A DNA stretch of 64,000 bases from Octopus sinensis (lineage: Eukaryota). Of the stretch, positions 37,009 to 47,843 are shown one piece after another. How positions within the stretch are numbered: the stretch's first letter is position 1; each line of letters starts with the position of its first letter. The stretch lies in assembly GCF_006345805.1 (NCBI RefSeq), contig NC_042997.1, positions 194,308,001-194,372,000 on the forward strand, given 5' to 3'. The notes under the pieces are model-generated. The model was not told the origin of the DNA and searched no databases. It saw only the letters and a program-made list of their open reading frames with translations. A program made the translations under genes and the position numbers.

Positions 37009-37989
37009 CACACATACATGAGAAGCCTCCACACAGTTTCCAAATTACCAAATTCACTCATAAAGCATTGGTCACTCTGAAGCTATATAGTAAAAGATAC
37101 ATGCCCAAGGTACCAGGCAGTGGGACTGAACCCCAAAACCACACAGCTATGCCGGCACCTATCAAGCAAGAGTTATTTAAAAAAAAAAAGAACTTTCTTT
37201 TTTTTATCCAAAATTCTATTTTCCTTTTATTTGTTATTGTAGCCCAGCTTTATTCAGCATGTCTTGTAATGAGTAACATATTCTATACATAAGCATGACA
37301 TCAATTGCATAAAAAATTACATATGTAAGAAATATGTTCAACTATATGTTACGGAAGGCAGCAAGCTGACAGAAATGTCAGCATGACAGGCAAAATGCTT
37401 AGCAGTATTTTGTCTGTCTTTATGTTCTGAGTTCAAATTCTTTCAAGGTCGACTTTGCCTTTCATCCTTTCATGGTTGATAAATTAAGTACCAGTTGCAT
37501 ACTGGGGTCGATCAAATTGACTGGTCCCCTCCCTAAAAATTTCGGGCCTTGTGCCTAGATTAGAAAAGAATATTTTAAGGAGGCTAGCTGGCAGAAACAT
37601 TAGCACGACGGGCAAAATTCTTAGCGGTATTTCGTCTGTCTTTAGGTTCTGAGTTCAAATTCCACCAAGGTCGACTTTGCCTTTCATCCTTTCGGGGTCA
37701 ATAAATTAAGTACCAGTTGTGTACTGGGGTCGATATAATCAACTGGTCCCCTCCTCCAAAATTTTGGGTCTTGTGCCCAAAGTAGAAAAGAATTATATGT
37801 CGTGGATAAATAGATCTGAGATTTCTGCCATTTACTGATGATTATAAAAAATAGTTAATGGTACAGGATACAAGCTGTTAGTATTTACATAACAATAAAA
37901 AAAATCATGTAGCATATGTATAAAATTACACACACACATGTACACAGCAACAAGCTTCTATCACATTGACAACTATGATAGTCTTTGAT

Positions 37990-38420
37990 TATCATCATCA
38001 TCATCGTTTAACATCTGCTTTCCATGCTAGCATGGGATGGACGATTTGACTGAGGACTGGCGAACCAGATGGCTGCACCAGGCTCCAATCTGATCTGGCA
38101 GAGTTTCTACAGCTGGATGCTCTTCCTAACGCTAACCACTCCGAGAGTGTAGTGGGTGCTTTTACTTGCCACCGGCACGAGGGCCAGTCAGGCAGTACTG
38201 GCAACGGCCACACTCAAATGGTGTTTTTTTATGTGCCACCTGCACAGAAGCCAGTCCAGCAGCACTGGCAACAACTTCACTCAAATGTTTTTTCATGTGT
38301 TACCAGCATTTTTATGTGCCACCGGCATGGATGCCAGCCAGCTGTTTTGGCAAATGATCACGCTCGGATGGTGCTCTTAGCGCTCCACTGGCACGGGTGT
38401 CAGTCTTCAAATTTGATTTG
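37990..38420 (-). mobile_element. SINE family C with (ATG)n tail and internal tandem units (copies about 16070-16430, 26740-26980, 29520-29790, 31840-32090, 36480-36965, 44910-45420, 47115-47520, 53725-54030, 54200-54475)
   Basis: Shared core catcatcatcgtttaacgtccgctttccatgctagcatgggttgg...ggatgcccttcctaacgccaaccactcc in many dispersed copies. Confidence 0.88.
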
Positions 38421-38559
38421 ATTATATAAAGTATTGTTACCAATACATCTAAATAAATGCATTCACACACTCACACACATATTTACTTAGTAACACATTT
38501 TCTGACAGACACTAACTGTTATAACATCATCATCGTTTAACGTCCGCTTGCCATGCTAG

Positions 38560-39036
38560 TGTAGTGACGTCATTTTCAAGTGTGCGTGTGCGGGACGTCA
38601 TTCTTCAGTGTGCGTGTGCGGGGCTGGAACCTTCTGGAAAGGCCTAAGGAAGTTCCCTCATGCACATTGCACTAGAGACTGGGGAAGAAAATTCTATCGC
38701 GTTCCTTGTTAGCGTCGGTGACTTGAGACACGGCTATTGAAGAGAGAGGATGTGTTAAACGTGTGATTAGCCTATTCTCCTGTCCCAGACGCTTGGGATT
38801 TGTCCTGCTCTGTTGCTGCTGAATTTGTTGTGAGGTTTATCTTACAAGTGTTAAACTTCAGCCTGGCTATATCGAACCAAGTGGCTACCAATATACCAAC
38901 GTGCCTTCTTTTGTAAACAAGTGTGCGTAACGTCATTCTTCCCCAGTCTCTAGCGCATGTGCATGAGGGAACTTCCTTAGGCCTTTCCAGAAGGTTCCAG
39001 CCCCGCACAAGCACACTTGAAAATGACGTCACTACA
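38560..39036. mobile_element. 477-bp non-autonomous element with TGT...ACA ends, about 100-bp TIRs and 4-bp TSD (Ginger-like)
   Basis: CTAG|TGTAGTGACGTCATTTT...AAAATGACGTCACTACA|CTAG; removing it restores the SINE-C consensus ccatgctagcatggg. Confidence 0.85.
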
Positions 39037-39610
39037 CTAGCATGGGTTGGACGGTTCGACTGGGGTCTGGGAAGCCAGGAGGCTGCATCAGGCCCAGTCT
39101 GGTCTGGCAGTGTTTCTACATCTGGATGCCCTTCCTAACGCCAACCACTCCATGAGTGTAGTGGGTGCTTTTTTATATGGTGAGATGAAGGGGCCTACTA
39201 TCTCTAAATGAAAATATATATTTCTTCATTGAGAATAATTTGAACCCCTGTTATGCCAGAATTTTTATTCCCTAACAAATAAAATTTTAAAAAATATATA
39301 TTATATATATATGGAGGCGCAATGGCCCAATGGCTAGGGCAGTGGACTCGTGGCCGGAGGATTGCGGTTTTGATTCCCAGACCGGGCATTGTGTGTGTTT
39401 ATTGAGCGAAAACACCTAAAGCTCCACGAGGCTCCGGCAGAGGGTGGTGATCCCTGCTGTACTCTTTCACCACTCTTTCTCTCACTCTTTCTTCTGTTGG
39501 CCTGCTCGCTTAGCCAGCGGGGTGGCATCATTCGTAGGCTAAAACAAATCGAACGCATTGTGACCAGCGATGTGCAACAACATCTGATAGTCTGGTCGGC
39601 ACGTGATCAT

Positions 39611-39678
<68 letters not shown>

Positions 39679-39869
39679 AACACACATTATGTATTAGCAA
39701 AAATGCTAGTCCTAAAATTTCTCTAAACAATCAACACAGTAGTTGTACAAACAAATAATGTCCGTAGCCACATCAATAGGGGTTCACTTCCCAGCTTGCA
39801 ATATCATGAATGCAGTTGTGCATCGTTAACCAGCTAGGGGAAATGTCCTCTCCGAGTTAAAAATCACAG

Positions 39870-40670
39870 TAAAGTCCATTCAAACAGGCAGCCATGTTGA
39901 AGTAGCTACGAACATTACTTCTCTCTCTCTCTCTATATATATATATATCTATATATATATATATCTATATATATATATCTATATATCTATATATCTATAT
40001 ATATATATATCTATATATATATATCTATATCTATATATCTATATATATATCTATATCTATATATCTATATATATATCTATATCTATATATCTATCTATAT
40101 ATCTATATCTATATATCTATATCTATATATCTATCTATATATATATCTATATCTATATATCTATCTATATATATATATCTATATCTATATCTATATATAT
40201 ATCTATATCTATATCTATATATATCTATATATATATCTATATATATATCTATATATATATCTATATATATCTATATATATCTATATATATATCTATATAT
40301 ATCTATATATATATATATCTATATATATCTATATATATATATATATCTATATATATCTATATATATATATATATCTATATATATCTATATATATATATAT
40401 ATATCTATATATAACTATATATATATATATATATCTATATATAACTATATATATATATATCTATATATAACTATATATATATATATATCTATATATAACT
40501 ATATATATATATATATCTATATATATATATATATCTATATATATATATATCTATATATATATATATATCTATATATATATATATATCTATATATATATAT
40601 ATATCTATATATATATATATATATACACACATATATATATACACACATATATATATACACACATATATAT
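39870..40670. repeat. 800-bp (TA)n/(TCTATA)n microsatellite
   Basis: Direct inspection. Confidence 0.97.
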
Positions 40671-40677
40671 AATAATA

Positions 40678-41195
40678 CTAGCAGTATCGCCCGGCGTTGC
40701 TCGGGTTTGTAAAGGAAATAACTATATAAGCATTTTTAGAGAGTTACTTCCCTTATAGATGCCAATTCGGGCTTTCTTAGCCATTTCTCTTTTGGTGTCT
40801 TCAAGCCATGAAGTCGTTGTTCTAAAAGAACGCTGGTCTCCTTGACAACGCTTTACGACGTTGATTTCCTTACACTCCCTTCCCCACAGCTTCACGAGGG
40901 AGGGAAGAAGGGGGAGAAGCAAACACAGGTGCAGGTGTTTGAGCGTGAACGCCAACTCCGCCGCCATCGACACACAAAAAATTATGCATTAAAATGGAAT
41001 AAAAAAATGATGTTAAATTATTTTTTAAATTGTAGACTCATCGTAGACGCGCGCTAATAGCCAGACGGGCTCGATATTAATCACGACTATAAGATACCCG
41101 AATTTGGTTAAACTGCACCGCAAAATGTGGGAGGAGTTAGGAATCTAAATCGAAGGGGACAGACACTCACACAACTACAGTTTTATATATATAGA
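40678..41195 (-). mobile_element. non-autonomous Helitron, copy 2
   Basis: Same 5'-TC, 3' hairpin plus CTAG termini and A|T insertion site as 21409-21935. Confidence 0.88.
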
Positions 41196-41480
41196 TGAGG
41201 GGATATTATTCCAAAATAACAGGGAAAAATTCAATTTAGAAATACTAAATCAAATTTCACAAAATATAATATATATATATAAAGTTAATCCAAACATGAA
41301 AACACAAAGAGAAAACACAACAACGCGAGGACGTGGAACAAATATAGTATTATTGGACGCTCAAGAAGGAAGGGAAGAAGGAGGGTTTTACGTTTCGAGC
41401 GGAGCTCTTCGTCAGAAACATAGGAGAAGGAAAGATCCAGAGAAGGGAAGACGGAGGAAAAAAAAAAAAAAAAAATCGCC
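41196..41480 (-). mobile_element. hammerhead-bearing repeat family HH-3 (second copy about 43041-43250)
   Basis: aaagttaatccaaacatgaaaacacaaagagaaaacacaac...gtttcgagcggagctcttcgtcagaaacatagg shared between the two loci. Confidence 0.75.
41385..41419 (-). ncRNA. minimal type I hammerhead ribozyme motif with intact core (HH-3)
   Basis: Minus strand GUUU-CUGACGA-A-GAGC(UCC)GCUC-GAAAC-GUA/AAAC; 4-bp stem I, canonical GUA triplet, palindromic ACGU stem III. Confidence 0.75.
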
Positions 41481-41882
41481 AACGGTACACACGCAGTCAC
41501 ATATATATATATATATATATATTAGAAAACAAAAACAACTTTTATCAATTCAATAATGAAAAATTAAGTTATACCATTCAGAAAAATTACATATTATAGA
41601 AAGATTAAATACAAGATAAAACATAACAATGATTAATAAAATGTATATATTTGGTAGAATAACGACACGCGTTTTGTACTATATTTAGGAAATGATAATA
41701 GTAATAATAATAGTAGTAGTAAAATCACTTAAATATAAATATAGCCACTCTTCAGGTTAAAGATAACAACAATAAAATAATTAGATAAATTAATAAATAT
41801 ACGTAAATAATCTTGTAAAATACGAAATATCTTAAATATATTCTTGTTTAAAAAATAAGATACAATTAATTAAAATATTTAA

Positions 41883-41947
<65 letters not shown>

Positions 41948-42199
41948 ACAAAATATACATTAAGTGAATACTAAATACTATAATTTAAACTATATACATT
42001 AAATTAAATTATTAATTTATTTATTTATTTAATAAACATCTAAATAAAATCTTATACTCATTAAGTAATTTATATTAAAAACCTTAACGTTAAGTAATAT
42101 ACATAATGTTAGTACAAGCTATAAATATTAGAGTTAAAAATAGGAAATAGTTCAAATATATACACACCGATTAGATAAACTAACTATATTATTAATGCG

Positions 42200-42366
42200 C
42201 AGTAGTGGCTGTGTGGTAAGTAGCTTGTTTACCAACCACATGGTTCCGGGTTCAGTCCCACTGCGTGGCACCTTGGGCAAGTGTCTTCTACTATAGCCTC
42301 GGGCCGACCAAAGCCTTGTGAGTGGATTTGGTAGACGGAAACTGAAAGAAGCCCGTCGTATATATG

Positions 42367-42407
<41 letters not shown>

Positions 42408-42605
42408 CTGTGTTTGTCCCCTAGCATTGCTTGACAACCGATGCTGGTGTGTTTATGTCCCCGTTACTTAGCAGTTCGGCAAAAGAGACCGATAGAATAA
42501 GTACTGGGCTTACAAAAGAATAAGTCCCGGGGTCGAGTTGCTCGATTAAAGGCGGTGCTCCAGCATGGCCGCAGTCAAATGACTGAAACAATTAAAAGAG
42601 TAAAG
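42200..42605 (+). mobile_element. tRNA-derived SINE family B with internal microsatellite (copies about 10420-10775, 12670-12950, 25570-25950, 26330-26730, 58465-58920, 60016-60395)
   Basis: gtggctgtgtggtaagtagcttg...ccgggttcagtccc head, TA/GT middle, ...gtcaaatgactgaaacaagtaaaagag tail. Confidence 0.9.
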
Positions 42606-42634
42606 AGTATATATGTAGTATCTATAGATTTAAT

Positions 42635-43654
42635 ATTGATCCTACTGCCATCTGTTGCCAGTAATGCATCTCTAGTATTTAATTCAATGAAACAATGCAA
42701 ACAAACAGTAATATTTCATGAACACTCCACCATCGTCATTCTCCTATTCTTTTACGAAATCAGAACACTTGTGTCACTCAGTTGCTGTCATCATCCTCAT
42801 CATGGTGGTGGTAGTGGTGATGATACTGATGATGATGTTGATAGTGATGATGATGATCACTACCACCACCATTATTAATATGACTGTATGCTTCCACAAC
42901 CACAGTCTCATTATGTGGCATCTTAGGCAAGTGTCTAAGGGCCGCCAAGTCTTGGAAGTGAATTTCATAGACAGAAACTGTGTAAAAGCCATTCATATAA
43001 ATGCATATGTGAGTGTATGTGTGAGTGTGTATATATATATAAAGGTAATCCAAACATGAAAACACAAAGAGAAAACACAACGCGAGGACGTGGAACAAGT
43101 ATAGTGTTATCGGACGCTCAGGAAAGGAAAGAAAGAAGCAGCATTTAACGTTTCGAGTGAAGCTCTTCGTCAGAAACATAGGAAAAGGAAAGATCCAAGG
43201 AAGGGAAGATGGAGGGAAAAAAAAAAAAAAAAAAATCGCCACATTTTGAATATATATATTATACCAAATAAGATAACAAATCCACATTACTTAATTATTG
43301 TTATGTTTTATCTTATATATCTTATATTTAATCTTTCTATAATAATTTCTATAATAATTTTTCTAAATGGTATAATTTAATCTTTCATTATTGAATTGAT
43401 AAAAGGTGGGGTTTTTTCTAATTTATATATATATACACACACACATACATACATACATAGGTTAGTTTATGTTGGATGTATGAGTTCAATACTTGAAGAG
43501 CATATGGTGTATTTTCTTTAATAAAACTGAAACTGAGAATTTCTCGTATGACTCAAGTTTCATGCCACCTCCATCTTCAGGCAAGATCAGTTCTCACCTT
43601 AAGATCACAACGGCATTGAACACAAGTTGTGAGACAAACTCAGTTTCAGTAAAA

Positions 43655-43711
<57 letters not shown>

Positions 43712-43857
43712 TACACCGAGGGTATGAGAGGTATTGGTGTCTGGAAGACCCAAAGAGTTTTGGGTAACGCTAAACAAGTGCTATGGATAGACCATGGTTA
43801 AACTCTTGGTTCGATAACGATACAAGTGAGGAGTCTAATGTGAGTCTTGTATTAGCA

Positions 43858-43937
<80 letters not shown>

Positions 43938-44805
43938 ATGAGATAACAAATCCAAGGCTGTGAGGAGTTTTCAGGACATTTATATTGAAATAGTCTTACA
44001 GCTGTTTCTGAGATATTAGAGATATTGCTTCGTCAGAGACAGTGTGAGAAAATATTTGAGTTCTCTCACCATCTCTGAAGAAGGGATATCCATAATATCC
44101 CCAAAACAGCTGTAAGACTATTTCAATATAAATGTCCTGAAAACTCCTCACAACCTTGGATTTGTTATCTTATTCGGTATAATCCTCTTGGTGATTTTGG
44201 ATAAAATTATACAAATGAGTCCTTCAAATTTAACTAAATTCTATATTTTTATGCAGCTGAAGATTGCTCTATATTTTAAATTGATGTAATGTTTGCATTG
44301 TTCAATTAAATGGAGTCGCATGAAACAATCGTACTGCATTACCTCTGGATATCCTTGTTGCTTATTTTGAGTATATATATATATATACTCACACATACAC
44401 ACACATGCATTTATATGAATGGCTTCTACACAGTTTCTGTCCATGAAATTCACTTACAAGACTTGGTCGGCCCTGAAGTGTAACAGAAGATACTTGCCTA
44501 AGATGCCACACAGTGAGACTGTGGTTGTGGAAGCAAACTTCTTAAGCATACAGTCAGATTAATAACAGTGGTGGTAGTGATCATCGTCATCACTATCAAC
44601 ATCATCATCATTACCACTTGCACCACCACCCCCACCACGATGAGGATGATGACAACAACTGAGTGAAACAAGTGTTCTGATTTCGTAAAAGAATAGGAGA
44701 ATGACGATGGTGGAGTGTTCATGAAATATTACTGCTTGTTTACATTGTTTCATTGAATTAAATGCTAGAGATGCATTACTGGCAACAGATGGCAATAGGA
44801 TCAAT
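42635..44805. repeat. inverted duplication, arms about 410-430 bp (42635-43040 and 44370-44805)
   Basis: Non-SINE sequence (tgccatctgttgccagtaatgcatctctag...tcctattcttttacgaaatcagaacac), GAT repeats and a SINE-B fragment are all mirrored. Confidence 0.88.
43935..44172. mobile_element. hammerhead-bearing repeat family HH-4, head-to-head inverted pair (third copy 53460-53650)
   Basis: 43944-44040 mirrors 44072-44170; motifs CTGA(C/A)GA...(G/A)AAACAGCTGTAAGAC on both strands. Confidence 0.75.
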
Positions 44806-45610
44806 TGACAGTTAGAAACCTTTCTTCAAGATCAATTAACCAAATACTCATCAACCCTCACACACCTATCAATATCATAAATCTATATTTCCTTGTCACA
44901 CTTTAACTGTTCATCATCATCATCATTGTTTAATGTCCGCTTTCCATGCTAGCATGGGTTGGATGATTTGACTGAGGTCTGGCGAACCAGATGGCTGCAC
45001 CAGGCTCCAGTCTGATCTGGCAGAGTTTCTACAGCTGGATGCCCTTCCTAACGCCAACCACTCTGAGAGTGTAGTGGGTGCTTTTACATGCCACTGGCAC
45101 AAGGGCCAGTCAGGCAGTATTGGCAATGGCCATGCTCAAATAGTGTTTTTTACATGCCACCTGCACAGGAGCCAGTCCAGCGGCACTGGCAATGACCTCG
45201 CTTGAATGTTTTTTCACGTGCCAGTAAGGCGACATTGGTAACAATCACGCTCGAATGGTGCTTTTTACGTGCCACTGGCATGGAAGCCAGTTAGCTGTCC
45301 TGGCAACGATCATGCTCAGATGGTGCTCTTAGGGCTCCACTAGCACGGATGCCAGTCATAGAATTTGATTTCAATTTCACTTGCCTCAACAGGTCTTCAC
45401 AAGCAGAGTTTACTGTCCAATAGCAAACAATGAGGACAGGGAAAATCACAATGACAGTGATGATGAACTAGACATGTATCTTACAAGATAACCCACAGGA
45501 ACAATTCATGGCAGTTCAGATCTGGCCTTACTTGTGAGGTAAGAGCAGAATTGAGACCAACCCACCATTAGAAACTGTCATTATCTTGGTGATGAAAAAT
45601 GTAGCAATTT

Positions 45611-45952
45611 CAGTTCTATATTTAAGAGATGAGGAATTATGTACATTATTTACATTATTTATGTTGTGTCTGGGGAGAGTCATTTTCTTTTTGTGCCTTA
45701 TAATGTAACACACTCACCGGTAAAATTTCCACTTTTTTCCTTATTTTTATTTTCCCAAAATTTTCGTTAAAAAGAAAATGACTCTCCCCAGACACAACAG
45801 AATATGCTTCAACACACAAACTCATATAAAGAATCTTGCAAACCAAATCCAAAAACGAAATACATTATTTATATTTAACGGATATTTGTCCTCATCTTGT
45901 TTGTTGTTAACACAATGTTTTGGCTGATATACCCTCCAGCCTTCATCAGGGT
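45611..45952. mobile_element. HH-1 fragment (minus) with an HH-2 inverted insertion nested in it
   Basis: HH-1 tail at 45611-45660 resumes at 45871; HH-2 at 45661-45860 is flanked by TACATTATTT (45651-45660, 45861-45870). Confidence 0.72.
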
Positions 45953-46720
45953 TATCATTCCCAGAAAGACTAAAAAGTTAAGTCAGCTTCAGAAGGATTT
46001 AAACTCAGAACCTAAAAACCCAGAACAAACAATACCTTAACGGTTGAACCAATCTGCAGCCCTTTCAACAACAATTATTTCTAATTTAGAGACAAAACCA
46101 GCAATTTAGGTGTATGGAAGTTAGTCAATTTCTGATATTTTATTTTATCAACACCTAATGGAAAAAAAGGTCCATTTAACTTGGAGGGGATTTGAACTCA
46201 GGATGTAAAGAGCTGGAAGAAATACTTCAAGGCAATTTTTCCAATGTTCTAAAAATTCTACCAAAGCAATAATAAACAAGAGGACTCAGAGAGCGCAAAC
46301 CTCTGCCAAGGCAACACTAACGTCCTCTCAACGATTAGCCAGAGATGATTTTTAAAATAAGAATATATGAAGTAAACTCTACTGCTCTTACAAACGAAAA
46401 TGCTAAATTAACTTAAAAAAAAAAAAAAAAAGAGGAAATAATAATCCAGAATCCTTGCCCAAATGATAATAATAATAATAATCCATTCTATTATAGGCAC
46501 AAGGTTTGAAATTTGGGGATGGGGTTAAGTTGATTACATCAACCCCAGTGCTCAACTGGTATTTAATTTATTGACCCTGAAAGGATGAAAGGCATAGTCG
46601 ACCGTGGCAGAATTTGAACTCAAAACATAGCGACAGGCAAAATACTGCTAAGCATTTCATCCGGCGTGCTAACAATTCTGCCAGCTCGCCACCAATATTA
46701 ATAATAAGTGAAATACTCAC

Positions 46721-46800
46721 TCTGATAAAAGTGGAAATATTGTCCATGCACCAGTAATTGGCCATTTCTTGTGAGTAAAGAATAGTTTAGGTTTTTCATC
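46721..46800 (-). CDS. B3GLCT: B3GLCT coding exon 4 (DEKPKLFFTHKKWPITGAWTIFPLLS)
   Basis: GAWTIFPLL matches human GAWTILPLL (recalled); TAG acceptor, GTGAGT donor; 80 nt, phase 0/2. Not in the ORF track. Confidence 0.92.
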
Positions 46801-47733
46801 CTAAGAAATATGAAATCATAAAAGAGAAGTTAGACATGTATATAACAATAGGCTAATATTGAAGGAAGAGGGTCATGTGATAATATAGTTATTTGATGCT
46901 TAACCTAGTAATTATCATCAAAGGATACAAAAAGAACAATATAAATAGGGGGAATACACTGAATATAGTACAAAGAGTCTGGTATACATCAACACACATC
47001 TAAATATTGATATCAACTTGGGAGATCAGGCAACTGGCTGTAAAGAATCTACCTCAGTGAATTCCATTTCACTTTTGTAAGCATGACGCAGTCACAAATC
47101 AGGAATGAGGAATCATCATCATCATCATCATTTAACGTCCACTTTCCATGCTAGCAGGGTTGGACGGTTCGACTGGGGTCTGGGAAGCCAGGAGGCTGCA
47201 CCAGGCCCAGTCTGATCTGGCAGTGTTTCTATAGCTGGATGCCCTTCCTAACGCCAACCACTCCAAGAGTGTAGTGGGTGCTTTTTATGTACCACCGGCA
47301 CAGGTGCCAGGCAAGGCTGGTAATGGCCATGATCAGTTGGTGCTTTTTACGTGCCACTGGCACAGAGGCCAGTCAAGGCAGCGCTGGCTACAGCCACGTT
47401 CAGATGGTTCTTCTACATGCCCACCGGCCCTGGTATCACAACTGCAATTTCCATTGATTTTTGATCGATTTCGATTTCACTTGCCTCAACAGGTCTTCGG
47501 AAGCAGAATTTTGTGTCCCAAGAAGGAAAGGGCCATGTTCGGATGGTTCATTTACATGCCACCAGCGCTATCAATTAAATTGATCTGGTGTTTGATTTAA
47601 TTGACCCATGAAGCATGAAAGGCAAAGCTAACAATTCAGGGACTAACCATGGCTAAACACCACAAAAACTCAGCAGTGGACACTCATACGGGAAGCTCTA
47701 TGTACAAGAAATTAGGAACTCAAAATCTGTTAC

Positions 47734-47843
47734 CTTTGAAACACCTTTCAGTTGGTTGTAGAAGTCCTTTTTAAATTGCTTTGCTCTTTCTAAGTGGAAG
47801 GTAGTGTCTTGTGTAAGGATGACAAAAACAATGTCTTTTAAGG
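47734..47843 (-). CDS. B3GLCT: B3GLCT coding exon 3 (LKDIVFVILTQDTTFHLERAKQFKKDFYNQLKGVSK)
   Basis: Resembles human B3GLCT [23 protein letters not shown] (recalled); CAG/GT boundaries; 110 nt, phase 1/0. Confidence 0.92.
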
